DNA of 63,260 nt, counting the filler, from Welwitschia mirabilis (Eukaryota): assembly GCA_051453625.1 (NCBI GenBank). It is 5 parts of one record of this genome, joined end to end, with 100 filler letters (N's around TTAATTAATTAA, not from the genome) between each part and the next. Parts side by side here need not be neighbours in the genome. Positions count along the whole stretch, not along the records: positions 39,087 to 61,972 come from JBOZIK010000001.1; positions 62,073 to 63,260 come from JBOZIK010000001.1; 3 more parts are not named here. The stretch is one strand, 5' to 3'. Positions 51,056 to 62,289 of this stretch are shown in pieces. The position numbers and the translations under genes were made by a program. The notes below the pieces were generated by a model that did no database searches, was not told the DNA's origin, and worked only from the letters and a program-made list of their open reading frames with translations. Every line of letters starts with the position of its first letter. Position 1 is the first letter of the stretch.

Positions 51056-53250
51056 TATTGATAATCAATATTGGCTTAATAACACACAATCATAGTTCAA
51101 TTTGATCTTTATTTCTACATGCATCAATCTGTTAAGGTGCAATTAATAGTAGATTAACTACCAATGACACTACTTCTTGATAACCATGTTGTTGATGATA
51201 CCTTGCTACTTGGTGATTTCTTTAACCTTGTTTCCTTAGTCAATGACCTGAAAAGGTCCACATCTTCATTAGATTTCCATAACATCATGCATTTTGTTAG
51301 TGCCAAATCCAACCATCACATTGTTACAACCCTTGTTTTTATTCCTAATGATAACCATGTCACCTCTCCTATTTTCCACCTTGATTTTCTTGACATTACT
51401 CATAATGTTGTTGAATATGAAGTTCTCGTTTTGGTCTTCAAAGCGCTTGCGATAACCAAATACCACAAGTCTTGATCGAATGAGACTTATCAATTGATTG
51501 TTAAAGACATCATAGCCTCTTATCAATGTCAAACTAAGTGCTTAATCCATACGTCCAGCTTACTAAAGGCTGTTTATGTGAATCTGAGAAACATGAAATC
51601 ATACACATCCCTCATCTTGAAAACCATATCATTGATCTCATAGCCAATCTTCTTCCCCATCTTATCCATTGCATAAGTATTTTCCTTGCACCCACAACCC
51701 TATTCTTTCACCTCACTCGCATGCTCGAATCCTAAAGAAACTAAATTTTCACTAATTCTGCATCACCATGCTACCTACACTTTTACATCTACCTTCCCAC
51801 TGATAACTATTCCACTTACTCATCTAATCATATTGTGAATGGATTACATTGTTGAAGTCTTCACTACAAGCTACAAGATAGCATCTTGTATAAGCAAGCA
51901 TTTGGTAGTTCTATACCTAGATGTCTCGATGGAAACTAAACAACACAAGTTCTCCAAGAGTTGCCTGATCGAGCATTTGCTAAACACCTTAAGGCTTGTG
52001 TCATGGCCATGTTGGGCCCTTTACCATCACGCCAAAAGCCATGACTTCGGTGGACATTGGAACCCTTTATATTTACCTGCTTGTTGGGCTGGGCAGGGGG
52101 ATTGCATACCCAACAATCTCTCCCTCGATTCACACGCCAAGTGCTCACATGAATGTGGAAGCCACCGAAGAGACTCGAACTCGAAACCAGCCAACAACCA
52201 TAGCTCTGATACCAATTGTTGGACCCTTTACCATCACACCAAAAGCCATGACTTCGGTGGACATTGGAATCCTTTATATTTACCCACTTGTTGGGCTGGG
52301 CATGGGGACTGCATTCCTAATAGGCCAAATGTTTCATCTGTTGAGGATTCTTTTAACTGAAGATGGAAGCATCTTGCCTTCATCACGTTAACATTGTCAT
52401 CAATGCCAACTCCATGGAAACGTCCTCCACACCCAGTGTCATCCCTTCATTCCTTTGATCTCTCTTGGCTTTGATCTTATGAGAACCATTTCACCACGAT
52501 CATCCTCATGCCACCAATATATCAGTATTGCCATCGAATATTTCATTAGATTGGTCAAAGCTGTTTCACTTTGTTCTACGACTAGTAAAGTCATTATTGA
52601 CTTCATTGTATCCCACATCCTTGCTCTTTTTGGTAACCGCCAGAAAATGGTCACTAGTAATGGCCCTTAGCATCAATTCAAAGACTTCTTTAGACTTTGT
52701 TGTTGATACAATATGCAACAACCACTTTCGACTTAGCATTTTCTGTAGGGAGACAGTGAAGTAGAAGCATCCAGTAAGACCATCGTCTGACTCGTTAAGA
52801 AGACAGTTGGGTCCACTCCCAAATCATGAAATGAAAAAGTCCTCCATGTCCTTTAGGTGTATTGCACCACTTGGTAAACATTGGTGAATGCCATTCTCTT
52901 TTACCTTTGTCAAAGTCATATTACATATTGAACTTTCCATTCCCTCTTGTGGCATCAAATTGCAATTTCTTATCCTTGATAACCCTACTAATCCTAATGC
53001 TTGACTTTATAAGCTTAATTTTCTTGAAGTCCTTTGGCCAGCCTGTGCTTCCCATATTTCTCACCACCAAGCCAACATCTTGCAAACTTTTAATAAATGC
53101 ATTCAAGCTTGCAATTCCCTCCAGACATCCAAATATTCCCCACATTGGATTGCAACTTACATAATTCATAGCAAATTTTCCATAGAGGCATTCAGATTGA
53201 AATTCCTTTCTGGAAAAAATTCTGCGGGAGCCTACTACCCACACAAATCC
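51056..53250 (+). mobile_element. Highly decayed Tat-lineage pol remnant (archaeal-type RNase H and integrase)
   Basis: FHLDFLDITHNVVEYEVL and HIPHLENHIIDLIANL (aRH); LGFDLMRTISPRSSSCHQYISIAIEYFIRLVKAVSL...MVTSNGP (rve core). Same domain order as 34206-35460. Confidence 0.75.
52010..52322 (-). mobile_element. Complete TRIM (terminal-repeat retrotransposon in miniature), 313 bp
   Basis: 106-bp LTRs 52010-52115 and 52217-52322 (10 mismatches by my count); PBS TGGTATCAGAGC on minus at 52203-52214; PPT GAGGGAGAGAT on minus at 52116-52126; perfect 5-bp TSD GGCCA at 52005-52009 and 52323-52327. Confidence 0.96.
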
Positions 53251-54063
53251 TTACATTCTTCCAACCTGCCATCCTTCTTCTATCCTTTTTACCCCTTAAT
53301 TTTATCTCTCTTTGCTATCAGACCCCACAAGTTCTCTTGTGTAGTATTCCCACTTATTTATTCTCGTTTCTCTAACATTTTCTCTGTTTCATACCTTCTT
53401 ATCATTTACCATTCCCCTTCTTCTCTAATTTACCAATTCTCTTGAATTTCCTTTCTTCCCAATTTTCAATTTTTTGTTGTACGTTGTTTTTACTTCATTG
53501 CCACATCATTTCCTCTAGCAATCTTTTTCAGCAAAAACATCTGAAAACACACTCTTTTGCATTTGGAGTATTTTATTACTCTGCATATCGATTCATAAAG
53601 AGGGCCAGCACCAAGATCATCAATCCAGTACATAGCACAACATAGTCTAGCCAATGGTGTCTTAACAACAATGAGGCATCCTTGCAAGCTTCACGTTTGT
53701 GAGGCATGCCCTTGATTCACCAATAACCTCAACAAGAACAACCACATTTTCGATTCCTATCAAAGTCTTTGTATGTGTGCTTTACTGTATCTTAGAATGC
53801 CTCCAAAGAGGGGCAAAATTGCAGGATCAAAATTTAGTTTTCATAATGAATGTGGCATCATAAGAATCCGACCTTGTTCTATAGTTATTTTAGTACTTGT
53901 GAATAAACCCCAAAATCTTCTTTATTCGAATATTCTCTTGTATATTTTGCACTACGGGATTGTTGGATTCTGCTTTCGCCAATTATTATGCCTTAGCAAC
54001 TATAAGCCTCTTTGTTATACCTCAAATCCCATAGTTTCCTAAAATGCCTTTGTGTCTACCTAA

Positions 54064-54135
54064 ATCCTGCCATGGGCTTGATATCCTACCATGGGCTAGG
54101 TATCCCAACATAGGCTTCGTATCTTGCCATGGGCA
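54064..54135. repeat. Short tandem repeat, ~19-bp unit x4
   Basis: Units resembling ATCCTGCCATGGGCTTGAT repeated with substitutions. Confidence 0.7.
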
Positions 54136-56129
54136 TCATACTTCTTGGGCTTTTGGTGTCATACACCTGTATAAAGCCTATAACAGCTTCGAAGGGTGCC
54201 CTTAGATGCCCAAACATTTCAAAAACCCTAACTCTAGTGGCCTACCATGTCTTCACATGTGACAAGTCACTAATAAACTGAAAATTGTCTACAAATACCC
54301 CAATAAACCCTCATTTTTAAATGCTAATGATGTCATAATCATTCTTCCAATATCCAAGCTATCACTGTTATCATCTATCGAGCCTTAAAAAATCTTCTGA
54401 AACCCTTAACTGCATCATAACCATTCATCCATTGTCCTTAAACCCTTAGAGCAATCATTTTCCAATTAATTTGAATATTTTGGACATGCATGGGCTCTTG
54501 TAATGTTGTTTTGTTATTAAAAAACGACCTTTCTGTTTATTGTATCTTTTGCCATTAGTGTATTTTTATATATTTTTTTGTTAGAGCTTTGTTAGCTTTA
54601 ACATTTCAGCACTTCTTTAGCTCTTGCATTTCTATTTTCTGTTTCATTCATTCTTTAACATAACCTGCTAAATGAAAATGTCTATTTTTGAATGTTCTAT
54701 TGGGTTGGCCAATCATATTTTTGAAACTAATATCTTTAGGATTTAAGGATTATAATGATAGTTTGAACTGTTTATTTAACAGCTTTCAAATCTTAAACTT
54801 TATTTCAACGTTTTCGTGCTATGCTTTGCTAAGTAATGCCAATTATCGAGTGATTTGATTTGTTTGAGTTAATGTGTTGAAAGCTGTATATAATACATTA
54901 TTTTGAGATTCTTATATAATTTTGATATTGTTAAAATATCTAAAACAAATAGATAGACATATGTATGTTTTGGTTGTCCACTACTATCATATTTTCTAGT
55001 CATGATATTTCCAATGTTATTTCTTAGATGTTATATGTGTAGAATCATGTCTCGATGGATTTGTGCATGGGAAGAGTCATTTTCCTATATCTCTTAGTTT
55101 TTATGTGGTTTTGTTAATTATTTAGTGATTAGTCACTGATCTAGATTGGAATCTACCAAGGATGATGGGAGTTCTAGGTATGTGTTCATTGACCAACATC
55201 AACATTTCCCAATGACCACCTTAACCCTTTCAAAGTGACTTTTCTCAAGAGGTCTAAGTCGCAACCCAAACAATAAGTAGGAATGGATGAGTGTGAAAAT
55301 GTGCCTAGATGCATTGTACATTCACAAGTGAATCTCTTTCATGCTTAGGTTTACTAAAGATTGTTATCATAGCCTTGGAGGAGGTTGTAATAGTTTGAAA
55401 GTAATAAGAAGTGGTTTAATTATGTAGCACTTTTGCATGACGAAGATGTAGAATACTATACATAGTTGATCTTTTATCAAGCTAAATAGGGTGAAGAGCA
55501 TAATTTCAAGAAGGGTGCTTAGACCTGGAAAGTCTCATGTTCCCAAGAGAAGGAACAAAAGCCCATGAGTGCACTCTTATGAGTAAATACTACATAGGCT
55601 AGACTCTTAGGGTACACATGGTGTTGTCATCTTTGATGTTGACCACATCCACAAAGATGCCATTCTGTACCAGTTGTGCATAGTTAATTGTGTGAACAAA
55701 TCTATCCTAGTGGGTAGATAGATAATCATAGTTAATTGTGTGAATTTCCAGTGATTGGTTAAGTCATTAAGAGATCTCATAAAGCAATTTATTAACACAA
55801 CAATTTGTTTATTAAATGTTTATTTTATGGTATAGCAGGTACATCATCATCCTCCTCACTTGGATGGTTGGACACCATTCCCCCTTCTTCCCCGAACCTT
55901 GGATCCGGGTGAACAAAGACAAATGTTGCTAGAAGCATGAAACATCTATTTGTAGTTTCAACCAAACATCATCATTTCATCATTCATGGTTCGCGACCAT
56001 GTGGCATAAATTGGCACATCACAATCTACCTCTTAAAAGTGCTTTTCATCTTTAGCAATCATTCCATGTAATCATGGCATTAAAGACCATTCTTATTCAT
56101 CTTCTCTTCCTCTTGTAATACATTAGTGT

Positions 56130-57560
56130 CCATAGAATACTATGCAACCATTAACCTAGCATGTTTCTGGGCTTCGTTGTTATGTAGCTTTTGGCAAGTT
56201 TCAAGTTTATTTGTCCTTACTTTTAACTAGATATCAAGGTTTAGGTCTTTGACAAGTCCTACTACCTTCTCAATATCCATCTTTTGGGGTAACTAACACA
56301 AGTGCTTCATGTATCGATATTAATTATCATAGGCAGAATCACTTCCTTCTCAGACATTTATAAGGATTCAATCTACAATGAATGAGTTTAGTATAAATCT
56401 TGCATAATACTTTGTTGAAATTCTTCCATGGATGATGTTGGTTCTTTAAATACCTATCTATCTATGCCATTCACTATTGCATGTGTAGAGATATGAACTA
56501 GCAACGTCAATCTCATCATTCTTGGGGATTTGCTGAAAATTGAAGTATAACGTTATGACATTATTGTTGCCTTTGTGTTCACTATCTCCTTTGCCATGGC
56601 AAATAGTGAGGTAGTACTATTTCATATGGTTAGATTTAGAAATACCTTGCTAGTGTTCCTTTTTTCTCTCTTAATCTTTGCTTTCGTCATTCCTCTTGTT
56701 CTTCCTTTCTTGTAGTTTGAGATTTTACTTCTTCCTCTGTTGTCAGGAGGTCATTTGGGCCATATGTGATTCTTGCTGGACATCTCATTTTTCCTTTAGT
56801 TGTTCCCCATTTGTTTTAATTCATGATTTAGTTGTCCTACTTTATAGGTGTCATTTTTGAGAGTAGTCTCTGTTTGAATGAGTTATTTGCTATTTTCGAC
56901 CATTGCTCTTGTAAATATCATTGTCTTTGCATGAGGAGGCCAAAGACAAAACATTGTTTATCTGCTGACTTCTGCTAAGTGATAAAAAGGAAGAATACTA
57001 CAGATAGTTTGCCTTAAGTTAAACACTCTGACCTAATAGCTCACTGCTAGGCAAGGTGCTTGGACTTGTACAATGCCATTTTTTTCCCAAGGCAAGGTTC
57101 ATAAACCCTCAGCACACTCTTGCAAGTGTTGCCAGATGGGCTAAATCCTTTAGGATATAATGGTGTCCATATCTATTGCTGAGGCCACACCCACATAAAT
57201 GTTGTCCCACATTAGTTACTCACACTTCAACATGTGAATCCATTTGTTGTCTATGTTGGATGGTTCACCATGGAATACTATGTCAAGGCTTAGTAATTGA
57301 TCAAGCCTTTATATGTCCCTATATGTCCCATATAACATTGTGTGCATTCACCAAAATAATGCAATGAGCTCCTTTGGAACATTTGTTCTCATTGATTATG
57401 GTAGGAAATCAGTACCCAATTTAATATGTGCACACTCAAACCTTCAAACCAAGATTACTATTTACCCACACATTAATGCACTTGTTAAATGTTTATTTCA
57501 TATCATAACAGTGATAAGATCATCCTTGTTCCCTAGGTGGGTGAGGTTACACAATTCCTG
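56130..57560 (-). mobile_element. Possible very degraded MULE (MuDR) transposase remnant
   Basis: Minus-strand fragments in expected order: MHTMLYGTYR (cf. DGT.LYGKY) ~57330, HISTHAIV (cf. SWIM PC.HA) ~56480, RPK-like and CQKLHNN ~56180-56250. Weak, short motifs only. Confidence 0.35.
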
Positions 57561-58082
57561 CTAGAGCTGGATGACATTCACATCTTTCTTGCTTTCTCCA
57601 AACATGATGTTCATGTCATTTGTTGTTACCAATCATGTCGCGAAAATGAGAAGAGGCGTTAATTGAGGGTCTTTGTGGTATTGTTGAAGCATAGGCCAGA
57701 GGGGAGCAAACGAGCTTGGGTCTCTGTGGAATTGCTGAAGCATAGGCTAAAGGGGACAACATGAGCTCATGTTGGATGGGCTGGCTTTTTAAACAACGTT
57801 ATCTATTTGTTCTCACCATTTGTCATACCATTTGTTGAGGCTACCTCACTTGTATCCTAATTTACATCTAATCTGGGGGCTAGAATTGTCAATTATGTAA
57901 CTGCTGAGGTTGTATTGTGGACAGCATTTTGGTCGTTGGACAATTAGGGTAAATTCTAGACCAGCAAAAGTGTTGCAAGTTTCTTCCTTTTCATAGTTCT
58001 CAAATTGTTGTGGTAGTCCTTTTGCAATTGCTAGTTTTGAAACCTCAGGTTATTGATTTGATCAGTATTGTTGACGGAAGAA

Positions 58083-58270
58083 GGTGTCCTCTCCTCTTAC
58101 CACCTAATAGAAGAGATAGCAGGTAGGGCATTTTGTGCCACACAAATCCCCGGTGGCACTTGGGCTTAGGAAGTCTATTCCATTTTTTATGTTCCCCGCC
58201 ACTGTCAGGGTTTGAACTCTAGACCTCTCGGTTTGTGTGTCTGTGACCTTACCACTCTGATAAGCAGTCA
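58083..58270 (-). mobile_element. tRNA-derived SINE-like element
   Basis: Minus strand: TATCAGAGTGGTAA (A-box-like) and GAGTTCAAACCC (B-box) about 30 nt apart, followed by a non-tRNA body; no clean cloverleaf, TSD or tail seen. Confidence 0.6.
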
Positions 58271-58851
58271 TTGACAAATAGAAGTAAGATATTATATTAC
58301 TATCTGTTTTAAGATTTTTTGGAACAACCACAATCTATATTCCTTATTGTTGTTGTTCAGGTTTCAGTTCTTGCTTTGCTGTTACTGGTATTAAGAATCA
58401 TTAGAACTTCAACATTTGTTCTTTATTTCTATATTTTGTTCAGCTGCCAGCTAAGGTTATAAACCAAAATTTTATTTATTTATTTATTTGCACAGTGTCA
58501 TGGAGTTTGAAGAATATTTTAAAGTCACTTGGGGCTTGCATGCCCTGCAAGGAAATGACAATCGAAGGAATTGGCATTGCAGTCTCACTAAGTTGAAATA
58601 TATGAAACAGTACATTCGTGTTCTGGAAGATGAGGACACACTAGTTTAGGAGTCTTTTATACAGGCTTTGATTGGCATACTTAGATGGATATTATACTAA
58701 ATGACAGAAATTCAAATGACATTTCATCTTACACGATTCATGTTGATGTATTCTAGTTTTCTAGTGAATGAATTACTGATAAAAGAAAGCACAATCCATA
58801 ATAAAATGCAGAGTCAGTAAGCTGAACCTACGAGCTTGGAATTTCTTGCAG

Positions 58852-58918
58852 GATTGTAGAGGAAAGCATGGGGAATGGATTTGAAGATGTTATTGATGTA
58901 TATCTTGGTTATTTACAG
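58852..58918 (+). other. Isolated exon-like segment, unassigned gene
   Basis: TTTCTTGCAG| 67 nt |GTAAGG with open frame IVEESMGNGFEDVIDVYLGYLQ; no partner exons confidently identified. Confidence 0.4.
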
Positions 58919-60668
58919 GTAAGGAAATGAAACAATCTTCTAACAGTTATCCAATGATATTCTCAATGCTTTTTAGTAAGTCTGTGCTAAGTGAATAATT
59001 GATATAGCTCAGTAATTTTTGATGTTAAAAGAGGACATTCTGAATTGATGGGAGATGTCTACCTTGTTTCATAAACATTTAGATTTATTACTGTTTACTC
59101 CATTGTTACAAATACTCTGATTTGTATGTTCATTCATGAAATGGTCAGAATAATAAAAAACGTAAATTGATGATGTTGCTACTTATTTTTCATAACTTAA
59201 AACTTTTTGCTTTTTATGCTTGTTATATGAGATTCTATAGGGTTTTTCACTGATAATCAGGAGGGACAAACTTCTTTTATGTCTTGTTTTTCTTTTTGTT
59301 GTCTTGTGGGGATAGGTTTATAAGACAAAGCTGTTATAATGTTTTTCCCCCCTAAAAGGCTAAAGACCTTTGGTAGAATAGCCGATTTACTAAAAAATAA
59401 TTTATGGGACTGTTCTATGCAAGCATGTTTTAAAATGAGACCAATAAATTCACATAATAATCAAACTTATAGAAGTAAAAAAAAAAGGAAATAATGCTTT
59501 ATTTTGCTAAAGAAAGAATAAAAAGACTTTTGAAAACCATAGAATAAAAATAATCCCCTTACCTCCTCTCCTTTTTTTTAATCAAAGTAGAAGCGAAACA
59601 AATTCTCTCTTGTTTCCTACTTCATCATAACAAAATAATGTAGAAACATGATTTTAAAGGTACAACAACGGAATGGACAAAAGGCTAGAATTAAAGATTA
59701 TCTAAAATTAAGTGAAAATAGAGATTTGAACAATAGATTTGGATGTTGTAGTGTAGCAAAATTTCATGGATACATATGGAGTTTAATTTTGGAAACAGGA
59801 AAAAAGACCATCATAAAACATTTTCCGTAACAGAAGTCGGGATAAGAAAATAAGAACCTGATTTATTACCATTGAAATCTAATTGTCAAATGCTGTCCTG
59901 CTGATTTTGCGAGATGGTCCCACCTCCTTTTGTATTCTTCTGGTTGCCAACACTCCGCTTTGCTATGTGCCTTACGATTTTGCTCTATTCCTTTCCCTGT
60001 GATGTCTTTCGTTCAGTAATGCTTCCTTCGCATGTCATTTTTTTATGTTGGCGCTTTTCTTCCTCCTTGCCTGTGTTTGCGTTTTGATCTCTCTGCAATT
60101 GTTCCTTAGTGTTGGTCTCATCTTTTACGCTTTTGTATTGGGTGCGTTCTTTGTTCGAATTGATGTCCGCTTGTTTTTGATGACGCTTTCTGCATTGTTC
60201 CTTACTGTGATCTATTGTGTCAACCCCCTGTGTTTTTCTGATGCACATTCACTTCTTCTCCGATGCGCGTTCGTGCGTTAGCGCTTCTTATGATGCATTC
60301 CTTCCTGATTGCGATGCGTTCTGTCTGTGAATCTGATCTCCTCTATGATTTTGTTCTGTTGCTTCCCAGTTTTATCACGTCTCTTTTGAGGCGCCTTCCC
60401 TCTTTGCCTCCTTTTCTGTTTCTTCTATGAACTTTTATCCGCTTCCCTCCTTTTTTCCCCCTATGGTGCTCTTCTTCTTCGCTAATATCACCGTTATTAG
60501 TGAATCGGATTACAAGATCCGAGAAATGTTGGATCCGTGAGCGAATTTGGCGAAAGCTCCGTCAAATGATGGAAGATTTGAATTCTGGAAAGCTTCAAAG
60601 CACTAGCCACAAATGGAAATACATGTAACGAGGTTCCGAACTAGCCGCAAAGGGTACTAGATTGCAGA

Positions 60669-60746
60669 TATAAGTTTGTAAAGATTGATGAGCTTGCGCC
60701 TTATGTAAATGGTAGGGAGCTTGGTGATTTGGTGGGCGTCGTTCAT
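60669..60746 (+). pseudogene. Replication protein A 70-kDa subunit (RPA1B/D-like) fragment
   Basis: YKFVKIDELAPYVNGRELGDLVGVVH resembles plant RPA70B/D FNFVPIDELG.YVN.K.L.DVIGVVQ. Confidence 0.7.
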
Positions 60747-60781
60747 ATTCTAAAGCTTTGAATTTTATATGATTGTTTTTC

Positions 60782-60999
60782 TTTATAGCAAAGCACACTT
60801 GTGCCTACTACAAACAACTTTTGGAGCGGAATAAGCAGTGTATTCAGGAGCCTGCCACATTGGAGAAGTGCAATAAACTTCCAAAAAGCTGTTTTGCACT
60901 TGGCTAGCAAGTATTACAGGTTAATATGAATCTTTCTACAAAGAGTTAGAAATGCTTAAGCAGAAATCGAAGACTAAGCAAAATCTGAAAGTGGAGGAG
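60782..60999 (+). pseudogene. Mitochondrial ATP synthase subunit g fragment
   Basis: FIAKHTCAYYKQLLERNKQCIQEPATLEKCNKL (frameshift) LFCTWLASITG*YESFYKELEMLKQKSKTKQNLKVEE versus plant subunit g FVAKHG.SYY.QLLE.NKQYIQEPATVEKC..LSKQLFYTRLASIPGRYE.FWKE...LKVED. Confidence 0.88.
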
Positions 61000-61146
61000 G
61001 TGACTGGTGTAAGAGTCTAGATATGCAGCGCAAATATGCAAAATTTTGAAGATATCGAGAGAGTGATGATGGAAGCTGGACCGACGGATGTGATAATTTG
61101 CAATCATGGAATATCCATCCCTGAGGAATTGGAGGTGCAGTCTCTA
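61000..61146 (+). pseudogene. TSC10: 3-ketosphinganine reductase (SDR) fragment
   Basis: VTGVRV*ICSANMQNFEDIERVMMEAGPTDVIICNHGISIPEELEVQSL versus plant TSC10 ATGVEV..FSADVRD..AV..A..E.GPIDVL..NQGVF...ELE.Q. Confidence 0.8.
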
Positions 61147-61312
61147 GGCGAATCTGCGGATAGTGACTGTTGGCGGTATGTCATTCCGACGTCATACCTT
61201 AATCGGTCGATGTTCCGTGCGCTGCTTGATTTGGTAGCCGAGGAGTTTGGCTTCCAACACCTTGGTGGCTTGACCATCTCCTGCGACGTGGTTACCTTTG
61301 AGTGCATCTTCC
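61147..61312 (+). pseudogene. SAUR: SAUR (auxin-inducible) domain fragment, fused in frame to the TSC10 fragment
   Basis: RYVIPTSYLNRSMFRALLDLVAEEFGFQHLGGLTISCDVVTFE is the canonical SAUR core; the N-terminal VPKG..AVYVG part is missing. Confidence 0.92.
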
Positions 61313-61346
61313 ACTCCTCCGCAGCTGCTGCTGCTCATCGAGAGCC

Positions 61347-61898
61347 GTGGCTGTTGTCACCCATCATCCGCATTTCTTGTTTCTGCATTCAAAATCGAAA
61401 CTAAATTCAAGCAGCGGCACTAATCTCCCTAGAGTTGTCACCTCTTCTGCCTTGTCCTTTTTAAAAAAAAAAATGTTTTGAAAGACAAGGCAGCTGATGT
61501 AGACACCGAGAGAACTAAGATAAATGTCCTAGAAAATGCTCCAACTAGGAATGAAGCTCTTCTAACATTAACCAGTTGTTTAGAATTAAAGGGCATCCCA
61601 AGAAGCTGATAGATGAAAGATTTGACTACAACTTACAAAGCCAATTACTTGGCCACCACTTTTTTTGGGTGTCATTTGTGGGGCTACTGCTTCTAGGAAT
61701 TTTCATTCGACTATCGAAGATGTCAGCTAGTCTATTCTTTGCACAATTCTGTTAGGACCTCTTCTTACTGGTTACACACAAGCTTTAAATGATTGGTATG
61801 ATAAGAAAATTGATGCCGTCAATGAACCATATCGACCAATACTGTCAGGATTGATCTCTGAAAATGAAGTTATACTGCAGGTTTGGATACTACTACTA
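61347..61898 (+). pseudogene. CHLG: Chlorophyll synthase, intronless 5' fragment (transit-peptide-like region to ~QVWILLL)
   Basis: SSNINQLFRIKG / ASQEADR*KI*LQLTKPITWPPLFLGVICGATASRNFHSTIEDVS*SILC..GPLLTGYTQALNDWYDKKIDAVNEPYRPILSGLISENEVILQVWILLL, colinear with CHLG without introns; contains stops and frameshifts. Confidence 0.95.
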
Positions 61899-61972
61899 GT
61901 GTTGGAAGTGAAGCCAAATCTCTTGATGTTATTTATTCCTTTATAGTGTGACTTTATATATTTTTATATAGT

Positions 61973-62072
61973 NNNNNNNNNNNNNNNNNNNNNNNNNNNN
62001 NNNNNNNNNNNNNNNNTTAATTAATTAANNNNNNNNNNNNNNNNNNNNNNNNNNNNNNNNNNNNNNNNNNNN
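61973..62072. other. Artificial scaffold-join spacer
   Basis: N44-TTAATTAATTAA (62017-62028)-N44. Confidence 0.95.
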
Positions 62073-62289
62073 CTAAGCCTAATTGCAATTTTTTTGTTTT
62101 AAGCATTGATTACTTTTGAAATGCCAATTTAGGTAACCAACATAATCGATTCTACTTAATCTTGAATATGGGTATAGAAACTTATTTTATGGCATATTAT
62201 GATTATTTAGAAGGTTCAAAGTTTTTTTAAGTCTATTTTTCTAAATTTTCTTTCTCCCTTTTCTCTTTCTTCTCTTTCCATTATTACAA

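Noticed and set aside
51839-52391. 173-aa and 131-aa ORFs with an internal repeat
   Set aside because: The repeat is the two TRIM LTRs read through by chance.
57668-57770. Two-copy ~51-bp tandem duplication (and an 18-bp direct repeat at ~55679/55727)
   Set aside because: Real but ordinary local duplications with no further structure.
58200-58270. tRNA gene
   Set aside because: A- and B-box-like motifs are present but there is no convincing acceptor or anticodon stem; treated as a SINE head.
59985-60281. ORFs 59985-60248 (-) and 60045-60281 (+) as genes
   Set aside because: Low-complexity products of the strand-skewed tract; no recognisable domain.
60669-60746. Helitron-encoded RPA marking a Helitron
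   Set aside because: The fragment resembles host RPA70B/D, and no Rep/helicase or 3' hairpin-CTRR end was found; not fully excluded because the scaffold ends at 61972.
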